From contig NC_043004.1 in NCBI RefSeq assembly GCF_006345805.1, forward strand, positions 81,902,001 through 81,966,000: a stretch of 64,000 bases of DNA. Reading direction: 5' to 3'. A program made the position numbers and the translations under genes. Below, in pieces: positions 40,490 to 54,450 of this stretch. The first letter of the stretch is position 1. Each line of letters begins with the position of its first letter. The notes under the pieces were generated by a model. It ran no database searches and was not told the origin of the DNA. It saw only the letters and a list, made by a program, of their open reading frames with translations. The DNA comes from Octopus sinensis (Eukaryota).

Positions 40490-40945
40490 CTTTTACCCTT
40501 TTATTTGTTTCAGTCATTTGATTGCTGCCATCCTAAAGCACCGCCTTTAGTTGAGCTAATCGATCCCAGGACTTATTCTTTATCAGCCTAGGACTTATTC
40601 TATCAGGCTCTTTTGCTGCACTGCTAAGTTACAGCGACGTAAGCACACCGACATCGGTTGTCAAGCGATGGTGGGGAAAAAAGAAATTATTTATATGTGA
40701 GTGTATGTGTGTGTGTGCGCGTGTATATGTGTGTGTGTGTGTGTTTGTCCCTCATCACCGCTTGACAACCGGTGTTGATGTATTTACGCCCCTGTAACTT
40801 AGCAGTTTGACATAAAAGACCGATAGAATAAGTGCCAGTCTTAAAGAAAAATATACATGCTGGGGTCGAATCGTTCGACTAAAATTCTTCAACGCCTTGC
40901 CCCAGCATGGCCGCAGTCTAATGATTGAAACAAGTAAGAGAAAAA
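40490..40945. mobile_element. Two SINE family A 3' halves, back to back (minus then plus)
   Basis: Tail sequences in opposite orientation around a (TG)n tract. Confidence 0.7.
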
Positions 40946-41768
40946 AAAACCCAAAGATCTCCCTAATTTGCAATCAAATATTTATTTATTTTTTTTGCAA
41001 AACTTTAAAGACGTCATTTGAAAGGAAGTTTATCTTAGAAACACATTTTGTAAGGAGACGCAAATGCGTTCGAATATTTTAAAGGTTGTTTGCATTAGGC
41101 GTACAAGGATAATTTGATGTAACAGAGTTGTTTAATATGCCTCGAGCTAACAGATATTTAGGCTGAGCGCCAAGTATTATTGTAAAATGTGATTTGTGCA
41201 AATGTATAATACGTGGCTGAAAGCATTAAAACTCTAAAATTACGGTCGAGGGTAACAGTGTGCTTAAAGTTAGATGGTTTGTTAACGTTTTACTTAAAAC
41301 AGCATCGGCTTGGTTCTAGGGAAAAGGAAACTTGCATTGCAAAATATTCGAGCGTATTTGCATCTCCTTACAAAATGTATTCTATCGGTTTTTTTCCCCG
41401 AACCGCTAAGTTACGGCGACGTAAATACGCCAACACTGGTTGTCTTGCGGTGATGAGGGACAAGCACTGAAACACACACACACACATTGCAGTATGAGTT
41501 TAGAATAGTGTGTGTGTATATAAATATATATTTCGTTTTTGTATCTGGTTTGCAAGATTCTTTATGTGAATTCGTGTGTTGAAACAAATTTTGTTGTATC
41601 TAGGGAGAGTCATTATGCCAATATTAATAACTCACGCACTGGTTCAATTCCACTCCTTTTCTTTATGATTAGTCAAAGCTCTCTCGCTGCTTCTAGCAAC
41701 CTTTTCAATGACTATATTCAAGAAAAACGGGATTAAAAATCCAGGCAGATATCAGTAATACATTGTTG

Positions 41769-42192
41769 GTATATTTTCAGTTTGAACGGCAGTTTTTTCT
41801 AGCGGTGTCATATGAAATTGTCACCCATAATTATGACCCTAGTATCGATCTATTGCATTTCAGTCTATTTTAGGGTTAGGGTTAGTTAGAGTTAGGGGTG
41901 GGGGAAGCGCATATTTTTTCTTCACAAATGTAAATAAACCCAATCTGTTTCTTAAACGAGGGACATATTCATACGGCACAGAATGTTGTTTACCTCAATG
42001 GACGTCAGTGATTGGTTGAAATTGCAGAAATTGAAGAAAAAAACAACAAATATCTTACAAACTATAGAATTTTCTCAATAAAGCCAAGAGAAAAAGATGT
42101 TTTATAAACACATTCTACCAGTATACGATGTTTAAATTTTTTTAGTTACCTAGAAATTATGTTAAAAGCTGCCGTTCAAACCGAAAATATCC
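41769..42192. mobile_element. Merlin-like MITE copy 3
   Basis: Same TIR family; TSD CATTGTTG on both sides. Confidence 0.85.
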
Positions 42193-42587
42193 CATTGTTG
42201 TAAACGAATTTAGTTTACTACACCCAACAATTAGATACCAATAAATGCAAGTAGGATACACATCCAAGGTAATTCCTAATGTATGATAAGTAGATCTAAA
42301 TATCATTTAGAAAAATTACGAGAAATCCTGAGTATTAGGCAACCAAAATTACGTAGGGTATTTTTCTTGTAGAAAAAAATCATGTCTTTGATTGCAGAAT
42401 TCACCTTACAAAGCCGACAATTGTTTCTGTTGTATTAAAGTATTTATATATATATAATATATATATATATAATATATATATATATAAATTATTGAAAGTA
42501 AATTTTAGATCGCCCTGAAAACGTTATGTTAGCATTATTTACATCATTTACATTTGACATATATCTGTCCTCATCTTGTTTGTTGTT

Positions 42588-42633
42588 AACACAACGTTTC
42601 GGTTGATATACCCTCCAGCCTTCATCAGGCGTC
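42588..42633 (-). ncRNA. Minimal hammerhead (family 4) within a repeat of about 200 bp (42490-42690)
   Basis: GACGC-CTGATGA-a-GGCTG gagggtatat CAACC-GAAA-C-G-TT-GTGTT. One helix II mismatch and two G-U pairs in helix I. Confidence 0.7.
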
Positions 42634-42682
42634 TTGGGGAAATTTCGAACCTCGGCTGTCATTCCTAAGGTATTTTTCGATG

Positions 42683-42756
<74 letters not shown>

Positions 42757-42757
<1 letters not shown>

Positions 42758-45700
42758 TATGTTTGACTTTTGCTTTATGTCTGTACAAGTTGACTCCAAG
42801 TCTCACCCAGAGACCTCAAGAGACAACAGGTTGGAAGTTCACGTTGTTGTTATGCCTAGTGTGCCATATATTTGGGGTTTTTTTGGGTGTTGTACTAGTG
42901 AATGTCTAATACATAAATTTAAAAAAAAAAGTTTGTTTTGAACCTTGGGATTACATAGAAAGTATTTTGCGTAGGATATGAGCAGTTCCCATGAGCACTA
43001 TCTTTTGAATTTCTGCCATTTTGGGGTTTCCTGGTATCTGAGTTAGGTAGCAATCAGTCCCTTTCGCTATCATTCCCAGGGCACCTATGACAACAGGTAT
43101 TGTTTTAGTCTTCAGCTTCCACATTTTGCTGATTTCTATTTCAAGATCTTTATATTTGCTGAGTTTTTGGTAGGTCTTGACAGATACGTTTATATCGATT
43201 GGGACATTCATATCAATGAGGAGGCATGTTCTTTGTCTGAAGTCTTTCAATATGATGTCTGGCCTATTTGCATCTATCTTTCTGTCAGTTTGAATGGTGA
43301 AGTTCCAGAGGAGTGAGATGTGGTCATTTTCAAGCACTGGAGGTGGATTGTGTTCCCACCAGTTTTTTTCATGGGGCAAATCCAGGTTTTTGCAAATTAC
43401 CCAGTGAATATATTGTGCAGCTCTATCATGCCTGTTGAGATACTCTGTAGGTGCTAGAAAACTGCATTTGGAGACATGATCAATGGTTTAATTTTGTTGT
43501 CGGCATACACGACATGTTGGGCTACTGCCGTTCTTTAATATGTTGGCCTGGTAGTTTCTTATTGGTAGGCATTGATCTTGAGCTGCTATGATAAACCCTT
43601 CTGTTTCAGATTTTAAGCCAGAGGCTATTAGCCATTGATGGGTCAGGGCTTTGTCAATATCTGCATTATTCGCTCTCTTTGGGTATTTGCCATAGAGAGG
43701 TTTTTCTTGCCATTTATTATTCAGAATATCTAAGGCCGCAGTTTTGGCACGGGTTTTCATGCGCCTAGTTTTTTCTGTGCTTGTTTCTTGTATGTCTATC
43801 TCTAATTCCGAAATTTGTTGTATTCGGAATTCACTTAGATATTCCTTTGCCTGTTTTGTTACTGAGTATGATGCTTTCTTGTTTTCATGTTTTGAGACAA
43901 GTTTTAACATCCAGTCCTCAGACGTTTTCGGGTAGGTGTCTAGGCCAATTGTAGCAATCTTCATTGTTATTGCCAGTTGCAAAAGACCACGGCCTCCCTC
44001 TTTTCTTGGCAGATAAAGTCGTTCTGTATCTGCGTTAGGGTGGTGCATTCTATGCATTGTCAACAGTTTTCTTATTTTTCTGTCGAGCTGACATATTTCA
44101 GTAATTGACCAGTTAACGATATTGAAACTGTAAGTCACGACTGGTATGGCTAATGCATTGATCGCTTCGATCCTGTTTCTTGCATTCAGCTCTGTCTTGA
44201 GTATTGCTCTCACTCTTCGATAACATTCTCTCCTGATCCTTTCCTTCATCTCTGAATGACTTATTCCTTCCCTTCAATTACCCCTAGGTACTTGTAGCTC
44301 TCCGCTGGGTCTAGTTCTTTTATGACATTCTGCTGGTCAAGGTTAACGTTAGATGTTTCTGTCATTTTTCCATTGATAAAGGTAGCTTTTGCACATTTAT
44401 CGAGGTCGAATTGCATTCTGATGTCGTCACTGAATTGTTTGACTATCGCTTGTAAGCCCTTGAGTTGTTGGTCATTTTTTGCAAAAATCTTTAAATCATC
44501 CATGTAAATGAGATGATTTATATTTTTATCAAACATTATATACCCGTACTGCGCGTAATTGAGCAGTTTTGAGAGAGGTATTAATGCTAAACAAAAGAGG
44601 AGTGGTGACAGTGAGTCACCCTGGAAAATGCCACACGAAATTTTTACATCACCAGCATTTAGGGATTCATTGTCACTGTTCAGAGTTAGTGTGGTTCTCC
44701 ATGATCTCATACTTACAGTGAAAAGGTTTCGCTGAGTAGGTGCTATCTTATACATTTCCAGGCATTTCCTAATCCAGCTATGTGGTAGGCTATCAAAAGC
44801 CTTTTTATAGTCTATCCAGGCTATTGATAAGTTTTTGTGTCGTTTGTGACAATCTTCTAAGATCATCTTATTGATGAGTAGTTGATCTTTACAGCCGTAG
44901 GATCCACGTTTACACCCTTTCTGTTCATTAGGGAATATGCTGCTGTCTGTTAAAAAACTATAAGTATATTCCGTCAGGACAGATGTTAGCGTTTTATACA
45001 TAGTTGTTAAGCAGGATATGGGTCTATAGTTTTTTGGTTCATTTGTTTCTTCACTTTTTGGAAGCAGGAATGTTAACCCATTAACTAGCCAAGGAAGCAT
45101 CCTACTAGGGTGTTGCAAAACATCATTGTACAGTTCTGTTAGCAGTTCATGGCTCTCTGGGAAGGCATTCAGCCAGAAGATAGGGATTTTATCCTTTCCT
45201 GGAGACTTCCATTTGCTTGACCTCCTGAGAGCAGATCTTATATCTTCAACCTTGACACCCTCCCACTTTTGCTCTTCTAAGGGGTCCAGTTCTGTAGATA
45301 TTCTATCAATCCAGGGGGCCTTTTCGTTGTGTGTTTTTTCTTCTGCCCAAATTTTATTCCAAAATCCCTGCACTTCTTCTTTTGATGGTACAGACCTTGC
45401 AGTAAACGCTGTTTTTCCTATCTTCTTGTAAAAATTCTTGGGGTTATTTTTGAATATGTTGTCCTTGAAAAATCAAACACGCTTTTCATACCTCACTATG
45501 CGGGCAGCTTTGGCAGATACCTTTTGTTTGATGGTTTCTATGGTGGCATCAATATCAAGTATAGTTTTCATATTGTATTTTTTCAGTAATTTTGGGGGTT
45601 TTGTAGGTTTGGTAGTCTTGTGAACCTTAAGGTTTTTCAAATATTCAATGTCAGATCTAAATAGTTTAATTTGTTGTTGCAAACGCTCTTGCCAAGAAGG

Positions 45701-46323
45701 CTTTTTGTGGGAATGTTGCCGTTTTCTAATCTTTGCACCACATAGGATCGTTGAGATTTTCGCGGATGCATAGTATAGGTGGTTGAGATTTGTGATATCA
45801 ACATCATTAGCTGAAATTATATCCTTAAGTGCAAGCCGAATTTTACCAATTATTTTCATGTTTTGGTTAGAGTTGCGGATTTTAGGGAGTGTTCATCCAT
45901 GCTGGTTTCTTTAATTTTCAGCCATTCAATCATGATTTGATTTTTTAGCTCATGTAGTTCTGTTGGGTCAATATTTGTGTGACTTTCTTTATCTATTTGA
46001 TGTTCATCTGTCTTAGTGTTTATGATTGGTTCAGGGAGTATTTCACTTTGCCTATCACTTATACTAACTCTTTCAATCCTTACTTCGTTTTTATCAGCCC
46101 TGGGCTGGTCTATAATTATTTCCTCTGTATTATCTTCTCTAGCTGCAGCTCCGTTCATTTTATCCGATATTGCTTGTCTAACTTGATCAATCTCTACTTC
46201 AGTCAGTAATTTTTTTTTATAATGTTTCTTCTGACGTTGGCAAGTTTGTTACTGTCTATGTAGGGTCTTACTTCAGGGTGTTTCTGTCTCCAGTTTAAGT
46301 ATGTTTGTACAGTATTAGATTTA

Positions 46324-46325
<2 letters not shown>
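42757..46325 (-). mobile_element. R4/Dong-type RLE LINE, long copy truncated within the N-terminal domain
   Basis: RT motifs (WIDYKKAFDS, IFQGDSLSPLLF, IYMDDLKI), CRVC knuckle, RPDIIL..IDMNVP..KY. (ATT)n at both ends; frameshifts and at least one real stop (QN*TIDH). Confidence 0.95.
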
Positions 46326-46419
<94 letters not shown>

Positions 46420-46445
46420 TTATTCATTATTATTATTCATTATTA

Positions 46446-46497
<52 letters not shown>

Positions 46498-46500
<3 letters not shown>

Positions 46501-49500
46501 TAGTTTTATTTTTATTTTTATAGCGTGCTTTCACTTCACTACCGAGCGCAGCTCTGTGTGCCTTGGGTATGTGCTGTGATTTGTTTGATGCTCTGATGGT
46601 TATTGTATGGAAAGTGTTCTGCGTAGGATGTGTGCAGTGCCTAGTAGTGCAATTTTCTATATGTTATATGTGTTTGTAAGTCCTGGTGTTTTTGTTATGT
46701 ATTTGTCTGAATATTTTTTTATCATGCCTAATGCACCTACTATGATAGGAATTGTTTCTGTTTTCAGATTCCACATTCTAGTTACCTCTATTTCCAGGTC
46801 TTTGTATTTTGAGAGTTTCTCCATTTCTTTTAGAGACACGTTGTCATCTGCCGGTACTGATACATCAATTAGAAAGCATTTTTTTCTTCATGGTCTCTGA
46901 CAACTATATCTGGTCTGTTGGCCTTAATTTCTCTATCTGTGTGTATCGGCATATCCCAGAGTATGGTTGCTTTCTCGTTTTCTGTGACCTTTTCTGGTGT
47001 GTGCCTATACCATCTTTTTTCTGTTGTTATTCCATAATGTTGGCATAGCTTCCAATGTATGTAGGTTCCAACTCTGTCATGTCTGTAAATATATTCCTTC
47101 TTAGCCAGGACTGGGCAGCCAGAGATAATATGATTTATTGTTTCTTGTCCATCTCCACATATTCTGCAGTTACTTGTAATATTTCTTTTCATTACATGTT
47201 TTTGGTAATTTCTGGTGGGGAGGCTTTGGTCTTGTGCTGCAATTAAAATCCCTCTGTTTCTGCTTTGAGTCCTGAGCTTCTCAACCATTGCTGGGATTTT
47301 TTCTTTGTCTATTTCTTTTGCGTTAGTTTAGTCCAGTATTTACCATGAAGGGGTTTTCTTGCCATCGTTTTATCATGGTTCGTTGCTGTTCTATTTTTAG
47401 TTTGGATTTCATTTTTTTTATAGCTTTTGTTGTTTCTTCTTCTTCTTCTTCTTCTTCTTCTTCATGTTTATTAGGTGGTATGATTTCTTGTTTGTATTTG
47501 TCAGCTTCCTTAAATACTGAGAACAGTTTTTTGTTTTGCTCGTGTTTTGCCGCTATCTGGATCAGTTTTCCTTCCTTCTGAAGTAGATATTTTTGCAGTC
47601 CTATGGTGGTTATTTTATAGTAGTTTTCCAGCTGTATAAGGCCTCTACACCACCTTCTATACGTTGTGTATATAGTCTTTCTATGTCAGATTTTGGGTGA
47701 TGCATCCTAGATCCTGTCATTATTTTCTTGTTTTCCTGTCTATTTTGGTCAGTTCATTTCGTGTCCAGTTAAGGATATTGTAGCTGTAACTTATAACTGG
47801 GACAGCTAAAGTGTTGATACCTATTATCTTGTTTTTAGCATTGAGCTCTGTGTTTAGTATTGATCTAACTCGTCTATAATATTCTTTTTTATTTTCTCTT
47901 TCATTTGTGTGTGTTGTGTCTTATCTAGTTCATGGATTCCTAAGTATTTGTAAGTTTGGCTTTGGTCTAATTCTTTTATTTCATTTGCTTCATCTAGTGT
48001 GATGTTGTTACTCTTAACTAGTTTCCTCTTTTCATGGTTACTTTGGCGCATTTTTCTAATCCAAATTTCATATCTATTTCTTTGGTAAATCCATGAACTG
48101 TCTTTAATAGTGTTTCCAGCTGTTTATCATTTGCAGCGTATAGTTTTAGGTCATCCATATATAAAAGGTGGCTGATCGTTTTGCCGTAACATTTATATCC
48201 GCATCCAGTTCTATTTAGCATATCAGATAGAGGTGACAGTGCCAAGCAGAAAAGGAGTGGAGAGAGCGTATCTCCCTGGAATATTCCTCTTCTAATGGGG
48301 ATGTCTTTGGTTTTCATGAGTCCTTCTTTTGTTTGGAGGTGTAGGACTGTTTGCCATTTATTCATAGAGTGCTCTATGAATTTTATGATTGTTGGTGCTA
48401 CTTTGTTAATGGATAGTGTTTCGAGGATCCATGTGTGGGGGATGCTATCAAACGCCTTTTTGTAGTCAATCCAGGCCATACTGAGGCCTTTCTTCTTTCT
48501 GTGGCTGTCTTCAGTTATGGCTTTATTAATCATTAGTTGATCTTTACAGCCATATGAGCCTTTGCGGCATCCTTTCTGCTCTTCTGGGAACAGTTTGTTT
48601 TCGTCCAGGTGCTTGTTCAGCCTTTGTGATATCACTGCAGTAAATGCCTTGAACATAGTAGGGAGGCAGGTTATTGGTCTGTAGTTTTCTGGTTTTTCTG
48701 TTTCATTTGATTTGGGAATTAAGGTTTTTCCCCTTCGTGAGCCATTCAGGCATTGTCTCTGACTCTGCTAGTACGTTGTTAAAGTTTTCAGCCAGCTTTT
48801 TGTGCATTCCTGTTAGATATTTCAACCAGAAGTTGGGGATCTTGTCATGCCCAGGTGCCTTCCAGTTGCTTAGTCTTTGCAGTGCCTGGGTGACCTCTTC
48901 AGTTGTTATGGGGGTCCAATTTGTTCAGATGCCGAGTTTGTTATTTTGATACTCCTTTTTTTTGGTGGTTCGTTCGCCGACCATATTTCTCCCCAGAATT
49001 CTTCCAATTCTTCTGCCGTTGGTGCTGCAGTGACTTCTATTTTATTTTTGCCCAGTTCTTGGTAGAACTTTTGGGGTTGGAGTTGAACTTTTTGTTTTCT
49101 TCAAAGAAGCGTTGGCGTTTCTTGTACCGGCGGATCCTTTGTGCTTTGGCAAGGATATCTTGCTTCAGCTTTTCTTTTATTCAGGCAAATCTTTTTCTGT
49201 GATGTTATATTTGCGGAGTATTTTTGTTCTCTTTTTGTTGCTCAGTAGCGTTGATTCTTTGCTGATTTCATTAAGAATTGACAGGTCTTTTCTATTTTTT
49301 TTTATTTTGCTTTGGATGTTATTATCCACAGGGTTGTTTGGGTGGTGGTACTCCTGTTTGGGCGGGTTTGGGTGAGTATCCAGCTTCTTTTGTGGCTGCA
49401 GTGTGCTGCTGCGTATATTAGGTTATTTAGCTCAGTGATATCACTTTTTTTTGATTCAGTGGCTATCAGTTCAGTGACGGCTAGGTTTATGCTGTTTATA

Positions 49501-50285
49501 ATAGGTGTTGTTATTTTGTTTATTTTGATTCTTGGGAGGTATGGTCGGTGGTCCATTGTGAGCTCTGTGGTTTTCAGTTCTTTGATTATTTTATTTTTTT
49601 ATTATCATAATCATTAGGCTCCCCTTCGTTGTTTACATCGTGTTTGTTGGGAATGTTGCGTTTTGTCTTCGTGTTTTACAGTTTCAGTGTTTATATTATT
49701 GGGCATTGTTGTGTGGCTTCTATCTACATTTTCCTGGTGTATGTTTTTTTTTAGGTGTTCTATTTCTATTTGTGATATTTTTTTGTGTTGAGAATGTATC
49801 TTCGTACGTTAGCTAATTATTAGGGTTCATTGCTGTATCCAAGTCTAAATCTCTATATTATTTTCCTTCCATATTTTATATGTATGTGTTGTTGTATTTT
49901 CATTTTTTGGTAGAGTACTGCTGTGAAGTATGCGTGTAAGATAGAAATGTATTCCTCACGTGTCCATTTACGTCTTTTGGGTTTTATTTGCGGGACATGA
50001 GGTACAACGTCCGGCCCATATTTTGACGGTCGTCATTTTCGTAGGGTACCGGTCCGTTTATTTCTGTTGTCACATTATTTCGCACGTGTAGTTTTTCGTA
50101 CATTTTTGTTGTAGGTTTAATGTACGTACCGCTCGATTGTTATTCTTGGGTTGAATAGTATCGGTGGCATTTAATTTCTTCGTAGTTCCTTTGTACATGG
50201 TGTTTGGGGTCGGAGATGATCGTGATGTTCCACGCATGTTTACATGTGTTGTGTTAGAGGTGGAGATGATATCGAGTCAAAATAC
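46498..50285 (-). mobile_element. R4/Dong-type RLE LINE, near full length
   Basis: ORF pieces run from KRRKWTREEY through IFQGDTLSP, LYMDDLKLY, CRIC..ETINHIISGC..RHD and RPDIVV to LRRTLSIQ*. 3' end joins (AAT)n. Confidence 0.95.
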
Positions 50286-50589
50286 ATAATTTCGTTTCGA
50301 AAATAGTAATAAATTTCAATTTGTATTACTTACTCGGATACAGTCCAATTCTTTGTTAGTAAAACTTTGGCTCCATAGGATGTCCTTGTTTTCGATGTTT
50401 GTGGATAGGTTTCGGAGCTCTGAATTTTCCTTCTTACATCTTAAAAGTCCCCCGTCTATCTGGATGTCTTGTCCATTTTTGTATCACCTGGTTTCCGGAT
50501 GTTTTGTGTTCTTGTCCCATTTTGCATTTTATATATATATATATAGCGGCGTACGTACACTTTGTTCTCTTATATGTAAAATAATAAAA

Positions 50590-50684
50590 TATTATTATTA
50601 TTATTATTATTATTATCATTATTCAGGTCACTGCCTGGAATCGAAATCGGTATCTTGGGGTTAGTAGCCCGCGCTCTTAACCAC
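50590..50684 (-). mobile_element. Very short tRNA-like SINE (family D) with (AAT)n tail, 5'-truncated
   Basis: tggttaagagcgcgggctactaaccccaagataccgatttcgattccaggcagtgacctgaataat..; matches 59324-59412. Confidence 0.75.
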
Positions 50685-51429
50685 ATGTGTTAGCATACAT
50701 ATATATATATATATAATAGTATAAATATATATCACTACATTTCCTTGGTTCTTCATTCCAAAACAGTGTTTTATGTTGTGACGTTAGACATTTCGAAATC
50801 ACGAATAGTTCATTATTATTATTATCATTATTGTTGTTGTTGTTGTTGTTGTCGTCATTGTTGTTGTTGTTGTCGTCATTGTTGTTGTTGTTGTCGTCAT
50901 TGTTGTTGTTGTTGTCGTCATTGTTGTTGTTGTTGTTGTTTTGGCAAAGCAAGTAAAGTTACGTTTCTTGTTAAAAAAATAGAGTGTCTATTACAACAAT
51001 ATTGAGACATAACTCGCCAAAATGAAACGAAAAAAATTCCTATCACTCCAGCTATAAGTACATCGGTAAAATCTTGATAATTCACCTGGTGCTACTCTAT
51101 ATATTTTCGCTTTTATGCGTTCATTCGGTACACTAAGAGAAGTGTTCGCGTAATGGCTGCCTGAACGAACGTGTACAGAGAAGAAAATCGAATTGGCGGC
51201 GATGGAGAACCACCAGCTTCGAACGAATTACTGCTGCAGTTCCTAAACGAAATCGGACAATGGTACTCAATACAGGGTGTAGGTTTTGTCCATATTTATT
51301 CAAACCGAGGTGTTAGACAATCTTTTACGCATCACACATGCGCACAAACATACATACCTACACACATACATATACACACTCATATTTGTATAATGCAACG
51401 CCTCTGGCTATTTCATCAGGTTGAGCCGT

Positions 51430-51600
51430 TAATCCTTACACAGTTTTTCTCTTTCCGTTTTTGTCCCCTTAATCCTTTCCGTCGAAGAGCGTAGGCTCGA
51501 AACGTCAAAGACTTTTCTATTCTTCCCGAGTGTTAAACTAATAAACCTGCTTGTTGTGCCTTCATCTGTCTTTGTCTTTTGTTTTCTGTAAATTTGAAAT
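51430..51600 (+). mobile_element. HHR-repeat family 2 copy; motif at 51475-51510
   Basis: CTTT-CCGTCGA-a-GAGC gtag GCTC-GAAA-C-G-TC-AAAG. Confidence 0.75.
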
Positions 51601-51895
51601 GCAAAATGGGACAAGAACACAAAACATCCGGAAACCAGGTGATACAAAAATGGACAAGACATCCAGATAGACGATACAAAAAAAAACCAAGGACGGGTCA
51701 TTCGAAGCTTTCTATCGTCAGTCAAGAACCGGATCATCCAGCCGAAATTGCAAGGATGATCCGGTTCTTGACTGAGGATAGAAAGCTTCGAATGACCCGT
51801 CCTTGTTTTTTTTTTGTATCGTATATCTGGATGTTTTTTGTGCCTTTTTTTATCACCTAGTTGTCCGGATGTTTTGCGTTCTTGTCCAATTTTGT
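51601..51895. repeat. Fold-back palindrome, 14-nt loop (51740-51753)
   Basis: The inner 52-bp arms have one mismatch; the outer arms are diverged. The left arm has a near-identical inverted copy at about 50452-50528. Confidence 0.9.
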
Positions 51896-52066
<171 letters not shown>

Positions 52067-53163
52067 TATATACATATATCTTGTACTGTTCCCGGAGGTA
52101 AGATGAACAAAAAAGTATTCCATCTGGATAGAGATTAATATTGTTTAATGAAAACAATATATATATTTTTTATGAGCTACTGTTTTAGGTTCTATATGCC
52201 ATGTGAGCACAACCTGAAGATTGCATGAAGACACTAGATGTTTTGTAAAATGCCATCTGTATCCTTTTCATCGCATGAAGCTATTAGAAACTCACGAAAA
52301 TATATACTGCGTTCATTAAAAGATATATATATAGGTCCTGGGTACAATTTTAAACTTCATCCGGTGGTGAGGCTCTAGTTCGGGAATTTCAAGGGTTTTA
52401 GGAGTGTGGAACTATGTCTTAGCCCCTATTGTTCTCAGATCTACACTGACTCGGACAAGCATCACCTATTAGGGTTCCGGCTATGGGTTAATTATCATGT
52501 GATTGAATTGCCTTCGAAAGAAGATCGCACAAACATACCCTAACGGACCCAGCGCAGATGAGGTTATTTAGCGCTTTAATATCTCATCTAAGAGAACGTA
52601 AGTCCATACAGATTCTGCACCCTGACAACTATCATATAAGAGTTGTGCTCCAGATCATTAGAAATTTGAGGGTAGAGAGAATGGATCTAGCTCTACAAAA
52701 ACCACGTCCACTATAATAAGAACACTGGGTAACAGGACTTTTGTCCTTGGGTAACAACTGCTATTTCCTATTTGTTAACCCCTAGAAAGTATGATAAAAT
52801 GCCTAATGCTTCCTTCAAACTTTGCTCTTGTTACAATATTTATTTAAACCTCCAAAGAATCCCTCTCAACCCATGGCTATGATGCTCTCCTACTATTCCT
52901 GCTCATGATTAGAGATGTACATATTGTTAGCCACTAAGAGACATGCTCAAGTGGTCAAGGTCAAGCAACTGACAAGCAAATCTGCTAATGAGCAGAATAT
53001 TTGCTATAACGATATTTCTGCTTCAGCAACTCAGAGCTGGATCTGTCTGAAATGTAATGGAAAATAGGTCAGTTTCAAGACATTGATGCCCAGGTCACAA
53101 AAGCAAAGTTTGAAGGGAATAACAGTCGTTCCCTATGATTTCTAGACAAAATAACACTTACTT

Positions 53164-53488
53164 ACGTAAAGTGTACTAGCCATCTGAATGTGGCTAGCCA
53201 CTGGGGGTGGGGTGTTACTGACGCTTTTAGCCCCAGGAGATCGACGTCTCCAGCTGGCCTTAGACACAATTTCAGTGCCCTTGTGTTGAGAGGCAAAAAC
53301 CTTGAAACTATAGTCCGTATGTATCACTTAGGTTTTCGAGGGAGGATGACCTCCCTTTGCAAATAACACAATGGCACTGAAATTGTGTCTAACGCCAGCT
53401 GGAGACGTCGATCTCCTGGGGCTAAAAGCGTCAGTAACACCCCACCCCCAGTGGCTAGCCACATTCAGATGGCTAGTACACTTTACGT
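53164..53488. mobile_element. Inverted-repeat element with 116-bp arms (MITE-like)
   Basis: 53164-53279 vs 53373-53488, one mismatch. Confidence 0.85.
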
Positions 53489-54231
53489 TCTCGAGCGGTT
53501 ACTGTTTATATCTCGTTCGGAGATTTATTAATGATAACACTTACTGTTCGAAGACAAAAAACTAAAAAAATTGTTACATGGTGTAATAAATCCCTGCTGC
53601 TTTGTTCTCAGAAGTGAGATTTAACTCTGATTTGATTGGATATATTTCCCTCGGTTACTACACATTAATTATATGGTCGAACAACCGATGAAAGAGTGTA
53701 TATTGTCATCCAGGCAGCCAGAAATAGCAGTTAAATTTCTCTCAAATTACACTCACAGTATTTAAAAAAATATTTAGAAAATAGAAGACTATATTAGTTA
53801 ATCCATTCTGAGATAAACTATCGCTTTAAAAACTGGATGATCTGTTGCTCTACCACGGTTTATTTGCAGCTAAATAACAACAGCAGCTAAATAGTAAGAG
53901 AGTAATTTTGTGCCTTGTGCGTATTCCGTATTTGATTATAGATAAATGTTGAATACAAGATGGCTGCATTAATTTTGTTACAGATGTAATAAAATCAAGG
54001 GAGCCATGTTGTAAGCAACATTATGCGAACTTTACATTCATTTAAAATATTTTATTAACAATTGTAGAAGGAATATTAAACGTAAGACGAATGCTTGAAA
54101 AGTCTATTTAGTTTAACCAGCGGTTATTGGGAGTGAGGAGTGGAAGCGGGTTTGTTAACATTGTTAGCAGCCATTTTGATATGCTGCTGCTGCTACTGCT
54201 ACTGTTGCTGTTGTTATTATTGTTGTTGTTC

Positions 54232-54450
54232 TTAAGGCGACGAGCTGGCAGAATTGTTAGCACGCCAAGTAAAATCCTTAGCAGCATTTCGTCTGTCTTT
54301 ACGTTCTGAGTTCAAATTCCGTCGAGGTCGACTTGGTCTTTCATTCTTTTGAGGTCGAAAAAATTAGTACCAGTTGGGGGCTGAGGTTCATGTTATCCAC
54401 TGATCTCCTCCCCGAACTTGTTGACCTTCTACTAAAATCTCAAACCATTA
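54232..54450 (+). mobile_element. SINE family B (alternative tail)
   Basis: Family B head and body. Confidence 0.8.

Noticed and set aside
51766-51805. Hammerhead in the 51.7 kb palindrome
   Set aside because: CTGAGGA is present but followed by GAAT, not GAAA, and helix I does not pair.
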